Both the position numbers and the translations under genes were made by a program. Of a stretch of DNA of 64,000 nt, positions 1 through 12,199 are shown piece after piece. Origin of the DNA: Takakia lepidozioides (taxonomy: Eukaryota; Plantae; Bryophyta); NCBI GenBank assembly GCA_030704615.1, contig CM060731.1, positions 30,256,001 to 30,320,000 on the forward strand, written 5' to 3'. The notes beneath the pieces were generated by a model. That model saw only the letters and a program-made list of their open reading frames with translations, ran no database searches and was not told where the DNA came from. The number at the start of each line of letters is the position of its first letter. The stretch's first letter is position 1.

Positions 1-904
1 ATTCTCTAGAGTTTAAAGAGCGACAAAGTGTTAGGAAAATCCTGCTCTCTATGGTGTGTTTATTTTTCTTCAAAGGGAAACACTTGGGAGCACAGCTCAC
101 AAATCATATAGTGAGAGGAGAAAATAGCCTCTTTCACGGTAACCCGTAGTGCTTGTTTTTTTTCAGGTTGAAGCCGCTCTATTACCATCCAGCTATACAT
201 TGAAATAGGAATTGCATGCAGGCTACTGTTAGGACATCCGACCTTGTAGGCTCTGTAAATTCACTGGACATTAAACAAACTTTACTTTTACTTTTACTTT
301 TATTTATTTATTTTTTTCAGAGAAAGGGGAACAGGGCCTTTTTAATCAAACTAAAATAAAAAGTGTCAAAACGGGTGGAAAAAATAACCACCTAGGGAGG
401 CCGTAAAGGCTCACCGAGGGGAAACTTCCCCGTAACATAAGCGTACTAGCTAAATTAAGAAACAGAAGCAGATGTAGCAAAGAGCAGGTGTTCTAGAAGG
501 GAGCAGCATGGAGTTCTAAGGGAGATCTGAGCTAGTAGAACTAGCATGGAGGTGATAGGAAAGGAGTTCTGTCACGCAATGAGAAAAGGTTGAATCGTAG
601 AAAGCAAGAGAGTAAAGATTGAAGCTTGACTAGAGATCCAGCAGATGAGATCTAAAAACGCAGTTGGGTTCTAGACTTGGTAACCCGCGTCTTCTTGTGC
701 CTCCAATTAAAGTCTCCATCCTCGCCTTCACAAGGGGGGGGCTGCTATTTCATGAGCGGCAAGAGCATGAGCGTAAAAAAAAAAAACATGACCAGACCAT
801 TGTAAGTCCACGGAAATAGGGTTAGGAGGCACGGAAATAGGGTCATGTGAAGTTGGAATGTGGCACCAGTGGACTTGAAATGCAACATTTTATTGCATTT
901 ACTT

Positions 905-1028
905 GCCGAAAATGGCTAAGTCCCAGATCTGACTGGGCCCGGAACTGGAAAAATGGCGCCGAATTTCCGATTTTGGTGCCAGTCAGATCTGGGACTTAGC
1001 CATTTTAGGCCCCGAACTAGAAAATGGC

Positions 1029-1060
<32 letters not shown>

Positions 1061-2394
1061 CGGTGCCATTTTACCAGTTCGGGGTCGAAAATGGCTAAGT
1101 CCCAGATCTAACTGGGCCCGGAACTGGAAAAATGGCGCCGAATTTCCGATTTTGGTGCCAGCCACCCTAGGGACTTAGCCATTTTCGGCCCCGAATTGGA
1201 AAAATGAAGCCATTTTTCCAGTTCGGGCCGAAAATGGCTAAGTCCCAGATCTGATAGGGCGCGGAACTGGAAAAATGGTGCCGAATTTCCAGTTGCGGTT
1301 CCAGCCATCGTAGGGACTTAGCCATTTTCGGGGCCGAAAATGGCTAAGTCCCAGATCTGACTAGGCCCCGAACTGGAAAAATGGCGCCGAATTTCCGATT
1401 TTGGGTGCCAGCCAGATCTGGGACTTAGCCGTTTTCGGCCCCGAACAGGAAAAATAGCCGGTTTTTTTTTTTTTTTTTTTTTTGACGCCATTTTTCCAGT
1501 TCGGGGCCTAAAATGGCTAAGTCCCAGATCTGACTGGGCCGCGAACTGGAAAAATGGCGCCGAATTTCCGATTCTGGGTACTAGTCAGATCTGGGACTTA
1601 GCCGTTTTCGACCCCGAACAGGAAAAATGGCGTTTTTTTTTTTTTTTTTTAAATAATTTTTCGGCGCCATTTTTCCAGTTCGAGGCCGAAAATGGCTAAG
1701 TCCACTGGGCCCAGAACTGGAAAAATGGCGCCGAATTTCCGATTTTGGGTGCCACTCCGATCTGGGACTTAGCCGTTTTCGGCCCCGAACTAAAAAAAAT
1801 GGCGTTTTTTTTTTTTGTTTTTTTTTTTTTCGGCGCCATTTTTCCATTGCGGGCCTGAAAATGGCTAAGTCCAGATCTGACTGGGCCCAGAACTGGAAAA
1901 ATGGCGCCGAATTTCCGATTTTGGGTGCCAGTCAGATCTGGGACTTAGCCGTTTTCGGCCTCGAACTGGACAAATGGCGTTTTTTTTTTTTTTTTTTTTT
2001 TTTCGGTGCCATTTTTCCATTACGGGCCCGAAAATTGCCAAGTCCCAGATCTGACTGGCACCCAAAATCGGAAATTCGGCGCCATTTTTCCAGTCATGCA
2101 GGTAATTCGAAGAGCGGATGGATGAAAGTCCGGCGCCGCTCTTCGAATACCTGCATGACTGGAAAAATGGCGCCGAATTTCCGATTTTGGGTGCCAGTCA
2201 GATCTGGGACTTAGCCGTTTTCGGCCCCGAACAAGAAAAATGGCGTTTTTTTCTTTTCTTTTTTTTGTTTCTTTTTCTTTTTCTTTTTCTTTTTCTTTTT
2301 CCGGCCGGCGCCATTTTTCCATTTCGGGGCCGAAAATGGCTAAGTCCCAGATCTGACTTGCACCAAAATCGGAAATTCGGCGCCATTTTTCCAG
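905..2394. repeat. Subterminal tandem/inverted array (GGAAAAATGGCGCCGAATTTCC, GGGACTTAGCCATTTTCGG, CAGATCTG, poly-T tracts)
   Basis: Units directly visible; related to the intronic array at 53990-54720. Confidence 0.9.
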
Positions 2395-2880
2395 TCATGC
2401 AGGTAATTCGAAGAGCGGATGGATGGAAATCCGGCGCCAGATTTCCATCCGCCAGCTAGGTCGGCGCGCAAAATTTCCATCATGCAGGTAATTCGAAGAG
2501 TGGATGGATGGAAATCCGGCGCCGGATTTCCATCCGCCAGGTAGGTCGGCGCGCGAAATTTCCCTCAAGAAGGTAATTCGGAGGCGGATGGATGGAAATC
2601 CGGCGCCGGATTTCCATCCGCAAGGTTGGTCGGAGAGCGGATGGATGGAGATCCGCCGCCGAATTTCCATCCTGCAGGTAATTCGAATCCCGGATGGATG
2701 GAAATCCGGCGCCGAATTTCCATCCTGCAGGTAAGTCGAATCCCGGATGGATGGAAATCCGGCGCCGAATTTCCATCCAGCAGGTAAGTCGGATCGCTGG
2801 CGTATGGATATTCGGCGCCGAATTTCCATTCGCCGGGAATTTCGAAGCGCTGAATTACCTTCCTGCAGGTAATTCTGAGC
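2395..2880. repeat. Array of about 47-bp units containing the palindrome GGATGGAAAT(T/C)CGGCGCCG(A/G)ATTTCCATCC
   Basis: Directly visible; corresponds to the reverse complement of part of 49550-50300. Confidence 0.9.
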
Positions 2881-3009
2881 GTGTCCGAATGATTTTTCGG
2901 ATTTTTCTTGGAATCCTTCACTGCTAGAGGCAAATCGGAACAGCCTCGGACGGAAATTCGGTGTCGTTTTTCCATTCTGGGAGGTTTCTGCGACTTCCTT
3001 TGAGGGGCC

Positions 3010-4570
3010 CCGATGGAAATTCGGCGCCGAATTTCCATCCGGGGGATAGTCTCTATCGGAGAGGTGCCGGCCTCTCCGCCGCTCTATTGGATATTCGGTG
3101 CCGAATTTCCATCCGGGGGTTGAAATATGACGGCCAGGTGCTGGCCTCTCCCCCCTCCCCGACTGCATTGGAACGGCCCCGGATGGAAATTCGGCGCCGT
3201 TTTTCCATCTGGGGAGGTTTTTACGACTTCCTTTGAGGGGGCCCCGATGGAAATTCGGCGCCGAATTTCCATCCGGGGGATGGTCTCTATCGGAGAGGTG
3301 CCGGCATCTCCGCCGCTCTGTTGGATATTCGGTGCCGAATTTCCATCCGGGGGTTGAAATATGACGGCCAGGTGCTGGCCTCTCCCCCCTCCCCGACTGC
3401 ATTGGAATGGCCCCGGATGGAAATTCGGCGCCGTTTTTCCATCTGGGGAGGTTTTTACGACTTCCTTTGAGGGGGCCCCGATGGAAATTCAGCGCCGAAT
3501 TTCCATCCGGGGGATGGTCTCTATCGGAGAGGTGCCGCCTCTCCGCCGCTCTGTTGGATATTCGGTGCCGAATTTCTGTCCGGGGGTTGAAATATGACGG
3601 CCAGGTGCTGGCCTCTCCCCCCTCCCCGACTGCATTGGAACCGCCCCGGATGGAAATTCGGCGCCGTTTTTCCATCTTGGGAGGTTTTTACGACTTCCTT
3701 TGAGGGGGGCCGGATGGAAATTCGGCGCCAAATTTCCATCCGGGGGATGGTCTCTGTCGGAGAGGTGCCGGCCTCTCCGCCGCTCTGTTGGATATTCAGT
3801 GCCGAATTTCCGTCCGGGGGTTGAAATATGACGGCCAGGTGCCGGCCTCTCCCCCCTCCCCGACTGCATTGGAACGGCCCCGGATTGAAATTCGGCGCCG
3901 TTTTTCCATCTGGGAGGTTTTTTATGTCGACCAGTTTTTCGTCCAGGGGTTGCAATGTGAGGGCCAGATGGCGGCCTTTCCCCCGAGCCGACTGCATCTG
4001 AAAGGCCTCGGATGGAAATTCGGCGCCGTTTTTCCATCTGGCGATGTTTTTATGCCGGCCAGTTTTCGGCCTGACCCCTCGACACGACTTCCTTTGGGGG
4101 GGGCCGGATAGAAATTCGGCGCCGAATCTCCATCCAAGGGATATTCACTGTCGCACACGCGCCGGCCTCTGCGCCCGAGGCGACTTCATCTGGGCTTCCC
4201 CTGTTGTATATTCGGTGCCGAATTTCCGTCCAGGGGTTGTAATGTGAGGGCCAGATGGCGGCCTTTCCCCTGAGCCGACGGCATCCGAAAGGCCTCGGAT
4301 GGAAATTCGGCGCCGTTTTTCCATCCGTGGAGGTTTTTATGTCGGCCAGTTTTCGGCCTGACCCCCCGACAGGACTTCCTTTGGGTGGATCCGAATGGAA
4401 ATTCGGCGCTGAATTTCCATCCGGGGGATGTTTTCTGTCGGACAGGTGCCGCATCTCTGCCCCAGACGACTTCATCCGTGCGGCCCCTGTTGGATTGGGT
4501 GCCGAATTTCCATTCGGGGGTAGTAATGTGACGGCACGGTGCCGGCTTCTCCCCTTCAGCCGACATCATC
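3010..4570. repeat. Higher-order tandem array (about 234-bp units, then longer units) with several palindrome copies per unit
   Basis: The unit ATGACGGCCAGGTG recurs at about 3127, 3361, 3595 and 3828; homologous to the reverse complement of 47880-48830. Confidence 0.9.
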
Positions 4571-4821
4571 CGGACGGCCCCCCACTTTTTGACTGCATAC
4601 CGTTGGCAGTTATTGCGCAAAGATCAGGGGCCGCATTCCGGAGACAAGGTTCATTAACACTCTGACTGTGGATTTTTGAGATAGTTGGCTCCCTGGATTT
4701 GGATCAGGCTTCGTCGCTCGGACAAATCGGCACCGCATTCCTTCCCATTCCCATCGCTGCATCCCCTTCTACCAGGGAGCTCCCCGCACGCCATCCTGGC
4801 AGTCTTGTGTGCACATCTCCC

Positions 4822-5910
4822 ATGGCGGAAAACCCGAGCGCTATAGTGTACTGCCCTCCTCACGAGCATAGAGCTTCATTTCCGTGCAGAGGGGACATCT
4901 GCCGGGTGATGGAGAAATATCTGTGCGTTCGATACCACCTGAAACCGAGGTCGGTTTTTTTGGAGGAGGAAAGGAAGGACTCAAACGGCCTTGTTGTCGA
5001 GAGTATTGTTGTGCTCCACGATGATTTCCGCGATGGCAGGGAATGGCGAGTTGCACCATCGGACAGCGTCATATACAGGGCTGTTGGGGACTTCATTTGC
5101 CCGGCAAATGCACCTTCTATCCTGGCGCCTTCCACGAAACAATCCGCGAATCAGAGAGTGGCTACCTCAAAGAGAGAAGTCCGCAACGAAGTAAATCCAG
5201 AGCCGAACCCATCCATGAAGACGAGCGAGAACCGAGTTGTTCACAACCTGTCCGACTCAGACGAGGTCATGGAAGTTCCGAGATCGTCCTGGAGATCAGG
5301 CAAGTCCTCAATGGACGTTAGTGGAGGAGGGAGTCATATTCCCAGCACGAGCACCGCAGTTCGATCTATTCTTGAAATTCTGCGAGGGCTTCACCTGGAG
5401 GGACACCGGTCGGAGCTGGCCGGGCTGGACTACAGCAAGTTCGCAATTAAATCGGTTACATGCCTTCCCGCCGACGTCGACGGTAATATTCTTTGAGTTC
5501 CCTCCTCGGGCGGACTACTCGAGGGCGTCCGGAATGTTGACAGATATGGATAGAAAACATGACGGTCATCCTTGGTGCATTACCAAAAACACCAGCATGA
5601 AGATGCTCGATGGTTTCCGGTGCGCTACGTTGTTTGTGCGGGCGCGTTGCGGTGTTTCTCCCCAACTTGCTTCCACTTTAAATCCAGAGGTCACAGGAAC
5701 GAAACCGATTGGATAGGCACAGCTCATCAACCATTTCGAGCTCAGGAGAAGGTTCCGAACTCCACATTTAAGTGTGCGCATTGCAAAGAACCACCACACT
5801 GCATGTCTCTGTTGTAATGCCAAGCAGTTCTATGTGTTGCACTGTTTCCCTGACCTCACCCGAGCTTGCATACACGTTGGTTCCCATTGTCACAAATTGG
5901 CGAGGGGAAC
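4822..5910 (+). pseudogene. N-terminal part of the MULE transposase (WRKY/GCM1-like Zn finger), frameshifted and 3'-truncated
   Basis: DGHPWCITKNTS...CAGALRC...CAHCKEPPHC...HCHKLARG across frames. 5801-5910 overlaps the 5'-most surviving part of the MULE-2 transposase (reverse complement of 47767-47876). Confidence 0.75.
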
Positions 5911-6682
5911 AAAAATGGCGCCGAATTACCTGTCATGAGGGGACCTATAGCCGCGGAATTCGGCACCATTTTTCGCCAGAGAGACCTATTACCGCGAAAT
6001 ACGTCGCCGTTTTTCAGGTTACGGACCCTATTACCGCGAAATTCGGCGCCATATTTGCACATGTCGCTAGGAATTGGCATGAGCGGAAGACGAAATATCA
6101 TGAGCACAACTGTCAAAACTACAATTTTCCTTCAAGGGGCCGAATAATATATTTGTTTTTCCTGACACATTGCATTAAATTAATGTTTTTATTGTTTTTT
6201 ATTTTCGAAATTTGTACTTCTGCTCATGAAAACCGATTGTCTTACTACTCCGCTCATGCTGCTCATGCCGCTCATGCTCATGAAATAGCTAACCTCTACC
6301 AGGGGACATCCCAGGCAGCAGGAGTGGTGACCTGCCAGCGGAACCGCATGTTGGGAAAGTTGGTTCCGAGAACGCCACTTTTACCCCAAGACTCATGAAA
6401 ACCATCGATGAGCTTCCTCCCTCGTTGTTCAGAGCATTTGGAAAGAGCTGCAATCAATATGCCCCATGTTTTCCTCCCCTCAGTGAGCAGGTCTTGATAG
6501 ATGCAGAAAAGAATGGACCTGCCCCTTGGGGGTCTTCCCTCATAAACAAATTTGTATCAAACCTTCCATAGGTTCCACATAGTTAGAGCCCTAAGACTAG
6601 CCCATACTGGGCAGATACAAAGAGTGTTGCCTGGCAACAAATTCAGAAGGAGCAAAGAGGAGTAGAAATGCAACACCGCTTG

Positions 6683-7403
6683 TGTCGCGCACCTCACTTC
6701 GGTAAGCTCCCCCTCAAGTCATAGTTACTCGCTTTGATGCGCACGCCTGACTCCCAACCTGGCCGCCGGGCCAACTTGGAGCTTCGGCTGCTCACCGGGG
6801 CATAACGGTCCCCCTTTGTTCTCCCAAAGAACCCTCCACCGATTTGGAACCAGCGGGAATTCCCTTTGGTAGTTGGCAGTCCGAAACAGCTCCCCACTCT
6901 TTGGTCGCTTTCCGGCTCACTCGCTTACTCACTAGTTTTTGGTCACCAACGGGCTTGCACCGTTCTCGGGGTTACTACTCCCTATATATACTTCTGTAGC
7001 TGTGGGGTTTCACAACCAGCCATGCCATTTTATGGCGAACCACCACGAAAACCCTCGACTCCCGGTGATGAGTCGCGGTGAGTCTTGGCCCACTCACCAC
7101 GGCCCTTATGGACCGTGATGAGTCCCAAGACTCCCCACGACTCCCACCACGAGGTCTCCGCCCCCATGGTGAGTCCTATGCCACCCCACTAAGTCCCGCT
7201 AAGCTACCACCACCCTTTGTGGAGCCACCCCCACCGCAACCCGGTGTGCGGGGCTCCACCTAGTGAGCGCCTCCGCCTCCTTGAGCGCCTTGGGCACTCA
7301 AGGGTGCTTCAACCCCCCGTACCTATCGCTGCCACTGCCCCCACCACAGGGGCAGCCCCTCATGTGTCCCGACCCCCTGCCCTCAAGGCAAAGGGCCGCG
7401 ACA
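6683..7403 (-). repeat. 3' LTR of the chromovirus
   Basis: TGTCGCGCAC...GGCCGCGACA; roughly 14 differences from 25711-26430 by eye (about 98% identity). Confidence 0.95.
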
Positions 7404-8242
7404 CACACCCCTACCAACAGGGAGTCGATATCCTCATCGACTTGTCCATTTTGTAGAAACGAACATCCAAGTTGTGGCGTCCCACATCAAGGAGTTTGTT
7501 TCCGTACCATGGCGTCCCATGGTAAAGAACCAAACCCCACACTTGACTCTACTCTCCACTAGTAGTTCGGCCGACTTCCTCCAAGTCCCGGCCAAGGGTG
7601 GAGCCTCTCCAGCTCCTCCCAGTGCACTCTTCTTGGCCTCAAGGCCAAGGAACGATCCTCCCGAGGATCGAATCGCCTTACTGCAACAACATTGCTTGCG
7701 ATCGCTCATGATGCCGCTTTTGGCATCACCTTGAGCAAGGGTTCACCTGGAACCCTCTTTGACTAGGAAGATAACCTTGAACCAACCGTGCACCCCAATC
7801 ACTACAATTGGGTCCGCCTTGGAATACTGGCCTGAGGTACGGGAACACGCCGAAGTCGCACTACGACTTCGTCCCGAGGCTACACGATTATAGTACGTGA
7901 ACGGAAGCACGTAGCTTCCGCATTAGCCCGCACTACAAGGCAACCCCTCGGTAGCGCAGTTATAGTATGCGCACGCGCCAGGTGCGCACTAGCACGTGAA
8001 CTCCCAAAGAAGGCGCAAGTTTCCTTGTCCCTTGGATGGGGGTCACCCGATTTCGGCACTACGCAAACACACGATTAACCCAATTTACCTCTCCCACTTT
8101 TATAAGCTAGCACGCATTCTACACACTAGCCAACCATATCATACATCACCATTCCAAACAAAATAGGACGCACAACATTTGGAAGCCATTTCATTTATAG
8201 CACGTTTTGTACAATACAAGTTTTTGCAATCAGATTCCTAAG

Positions 8243-10845
8243 CTAGCTAAGCCGGGCTAAGCATGCATTTCCTCCCCCACGCTCCAAGGTTGATGTCCCC
8301 ATCAACGCTTCTTCCGCTTTGAGGTCGCCCTTCGAAAGCTGCAACCGCCTCGGATGCGTTTCCCATTTCTGAGGCACGCACCCAAGATGCCTCCACATGA
8401 TGATAGCCCTTCCATTTGACGAGATACTATGTTTCTCGGTCTTGAACCTCCTCGACTTAAGTATTGCCTCCACCTCGTACTCAGGTTCATTTTCATGATC
8501 CAACAGCATAGGTGGCGGACGCAACACTTGATGCCGATTCGGACGCGCTTCATCTTTGAAGTAAGGCTTCAAAAGGGAGACATGGAATACTGGGTGCACC
8601 TTGCTGTTTGCCGGCAGCTCCAATTCATACACATCCTCATTCATAACCTTCCGAATGCGAAAGGGTCCCGCATACGGAGGTACGAACTTCGGACTCACTT
8701 CCGGAGGTAGTCGAAAATTCTTGATGTTCAACCAGACCTCCGTGCCTGCTTCAAACTTCACTTCCCTCCGCTTCTGATTCGCCTGCCTTTCATACTGTTT
8801 CCTAGCTTTGGCAATGTTGTACTTTGCGAGCTTCAACAAACGCTCGCGTTCTTCCAGTACCGCCGCTACTGCCGGTTCCTCAACGTCCTGGGCGGCCCAA
8901 CTTGTCGGCACCAGAGGTGCTTTTCCATAGACCAATACAAAAGGGGAAACTCCCGTTGCGGAGTGTTCTGTGTTATTATAACAGAACTCTGCCGCGTCTA
9001 AGTGTTCCACCCAGTCTGTTTGGTCTGCCGACACGTAATTCCGCAAGATCTGCTTCACTACGGAGTTCACTCTTTCTGTTTGGCCGTCGGTCGTAGGTCG
9101 GAAGGCGGTGCTCATTTTCAGCCTCGTCCCCATCTTCTTCCAAAGTGCCCTCCAAAATTTACTCGTGAATTTTGGATCGCGGTCCGAGACAATATCCTTC
9201 GGGACTCCATGATGCTTTAAGACGTGGGCAAAGTAAAGTCGTCATGTCTCCTGCGCCGTTGCCGTCTCCTTGGTGGGGATGAAATGGCCCATTTTACTGA
9301 ACCTATCCACCACCACCATGATTGCATCGAATCCTTTTGACAGCGGCATAGCAGTCATGAAATCCATCGAGACGCTTTCCCAAGTCCCCTCTGGAATCGG
9401 CAAGGGTTGTAACAGCCCCGCTTGCTTTTTGTACTCGCTCCGGTTTTGCTGGCATGTGGTGCATGTCTTGACATACTTCTCTGCCTCCTCCCTCAGTTTG
9501 GGCCAGAAATACTCTTTCTTCAAGAGTGCCGCAGTGCGTTTGGCTCCGCCGTGGCCCGCAAGCGGGCTATCATGGCATTCTCTCAAGAGGCTATCTTTGA
9601 TCCCTCCCTTCGGCACGTAGAGACGCTTTTGCTTATACCGGAGCAGTCCATTTTGCAAGTGGAACTGCGATTTAACCCCCATCCTCAAGTCCTGCATCAC
9701 GGACTTCGCCAGCTCATCCTTCTGGCAAGCCTTTCGGATCTTCCTTTGGAGCGTCGTCTCGCCCTTGTACACCAACAAGAGCTGCTGCTTTCTACTTAAA
9801 GCATCGGCCACCACGTTGTCTCGCCCCGGTTTGTACTGGATATCCACGTCGAACACCGCCAAAGTATCTTGCCACCTAAGTTGTTTTGGGGACAACTTGG
9901 GCTGCGTGGAAAAATACTTCACCGTGACATTGTCCGTGAACACCTTCACCGGGTTGGAACCAACATAGTGGCGCCAAAGCTCAAGACAGTGCACCACCGC
10001 CTTCATCTCTTTCTCGTGCGTCGGCCACCGTCACTCCACTTCATTCAGTTTCTTACTTTCGTAAGCCACTGGACGTCCATCTTGCATCAGTACACCCCCA
10101 ATCGCGAAGTCCGACGCATCTGTATGTATCTCGAACGGACGATCGAACTCCGGGATTTTCAAGACTGGAGCTTCCGCCATCCGCTGCTTCAATTCAGCAA
10201 AAGCTTGGCCACAAAAGGTGTTCCATGCCCAGACTTTAGATTTACACAGAAGGTCTGACAGCGGCCCCGCGATTTTGGCGAAATTTCTCATATACTTCCA
10301 GAAATAGGAGGCGAGTCCTAGGAAGGATCGCACTCCCGGGACCAAAGTCGGAGGCTCCCACTCCAAGATCGCCCTCACCTTTCTCTCATTCATTTTAATC
10401 CCATCTTGTGTAATCACATGCCCCAAGAACTCCACTTTTGTGACCCCGAATTCGCACTTTGAAGCTTTGGCATACAGCTTCTCTTCTCGCAATTTTTGAA
10501 GGCAACCCTTTTCAGGTGCTCCAGGTGCTCTTCCTTTGTTTTCGAGTACACCAAGATGTCGTCGATGTACACAATCACAAAGTCATCCAACCACTCCAAC
10601 CACTCCTGGAAAAGGCTTTCATCAGCGTGCTAAATGTCGTTGGTGCATTGGTGAGCCAAAAGGCATCACCAAGAACTCATATGAACCATACATTGTCCTG
10701 CACGCGGTCTTCTCCTCATCTCTTCTTCCCCGCCACCCAAATTTGATGATAGCCGGAGCGCAAGTCGATCCGGCTGAAATACTTCGCTCCTGCCAACCGA
10801 TCAAAGAGGTCGTCGATCCTTGGCAAAGGGTACCGGTTTTTGATA
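8243..10845 (-). pseudogene. pol: Chromovirus pol (RT C-terminal part, RNase H, integrase, chromodomain), frameshifted
   Basis: KNRYPLPRIDDLFDRL, VYIDDILVYS, IHTDASDFAIGG, HDSPLAGH...CTTCQ, SMDFMT, TDGQTERVN, EYEVEAIL (chromodomain). Confidence 0.92.
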
Positions 10846-11330
10846 TATACACAGCCATATGGCAAACAAGTCTGAAAAGCTGTTCTTGGTGTGAGTTTGA
10901 TCCACAAAATATCCTTGGAATCCAATTCTTTACCATACAACAGCTCTTCATGCATATGAGTATAAACATTCACCTTTCTTTCCTCCCAGCCTTCAACCTC
11001 TACTCGCTTAATGGATAGCAATGCTATCACATAACCAATGTTGGTAACCAACGTGCTCTTCTTCTACAGGGCCACCTGATAAATCTTTATCACTCATTTC
11101 TCCCAGACCCCACTCTGGGTCAGCATGCACTCTCTTAAGAATGTTTTCTTTACAACCGTCTGGCAATTCCAAAAACCTTTGGAAGAATCGTTTGGACAAT
11201 CTTTCCTTCTCAGTTTCACAAGGAATTTGATTCACATCAAATTCTTTAATTCTCCATCCACCATGATCCCACCAGATGCCTGTCACATCTGGTTTTTCAT
11301 GACCCAGTTCCCCCCAGTATGGTCGCCAAA
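10846..11330. other. Foreign filler segment of about 485 bp replacing the N-terminus of the chromovirus RT
   Basis: RT homology stops abruptly just upstream of IKNRYPLP; the sequence is unrelated to either retroelement. Confidence 0.6.
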
Positions 11331-12199
11331 TGTCGCGCGGCTTTTACTCACCCATCCCTTCGCTATCCGAGGCGGAAACTCCAAGATAGAAGAGTTGGAA
11401 TCTCTAAGTACTCAGCCCCGCTCAGAACAATCAGTCATGACCTACAGCTAGTGTATCATGGGGGTGTTTCCTATTTGTTTTCCTTCCCGCATTCATGTTA
11501 GCTAGTTACCTTACTGCTGGTAATTAAGTATCAGTTTGCTTCATCAATTTATCGGATTCCATCAACTCATCCATTCATTCCACAGCTTCACTCAGATCTC
11601 TCTACACAGTGTGAGTATGAAGTGTGTATCATATTAATATCTATCAAGTATCAGGCTGAAGCCATGGAGTCTCTAATCTGTTCTACATTACAATTCTAAC
11701 TGCCTGCATTCATAAGCATCAACAGATCCTCCTCCTACTCCTGCTCTCCATCTTTCTGCTTAGAGATACGCTCTCTCTCCTCCTTTCCCCCAGTGATGTC
11801 CGAAGTCTTTCCCAAGAAGTGCTCATCCCACTCCTTCCAGCAGTGATTCCCCCCCGAAGTGCTCCAAGAATCATCCTCCTTTCAGTCCTTGCTCCTCGCT
11901 TTATCTTCCTACCCGTTGTTCTAACCGTTTCCCTCACTAACCGTCGTCCGTGAACTAACATGTTCCATTCGCATGTGTTGTTCCCCATAGTCGTTCCCTG
12001 TCCTGCTATCCGTTCCCTATGGTCGTGACAGCTGTGTCAAGCTGTGACTGGCTGTGTGAAACTGTGACCGGCTGTGACCGGCTGTGTCGGGCTGTGACTG
12101 GCTGTGCGACTGTGTTGGCTGTGTCGGGCTGTGACTAGCTGTGTGTGGCGTGTCGGCTGTGACGGGTTGTGTTGGCTGTGATGGGCTGTGTCGGGCTGT
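11331..12199 (-). repeat. Inverted LTR copy (11331-12030) plus (GCTGTG)n-like minisatellite (12031-12199)
   Basis: TGTCGCGCGG...GGTCGTGACA; reverse complement of 23477-24175 and the adjacent repeat. Confidence 0.9.

Larger units (their letters stand above)
737..6296 (+). mobile_element. MULE-1: non-autonomous Mutator-like DNA transposon (deletion derivative of the MULE-2 family)
   Basis: Termini GGGGGCTGCTATTTCATGAGC ... GCTCATGAAATAGCTAACCTC. 737-898 matches the reverse complement of 57214-57374, and 5911-6296 matches the reverse complement of 44451-44822. Possible degenerate 9-bp TSD CACAAGGGG (729-737) / TACCAGGGG (6297-6305), 7/9 match; the left boundary is ambiguous by 1 bp within a G run. 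Confidence 0.85.

Noticed and set aside
250-300. TSD for the base LINE
   Set aside because: No convincing match to the sequence near the presumed 5' end (about 58150), so the 5' boundary remains uncertain.
983-4665. Many ORFs with MEIRRRISI / DGNSAPNFH / GWKFGAEFP repeats (also 47861-50605 and 54241-54795)
   Set aside because: Translation artefacts of stop-poor palindromic repeats; they are open on both strands in several frames.
6694-7456. Short ORFs duplicated at 25722-26515 and at 11719/23519
   Set aside because: Incidental frames within LTR copies.
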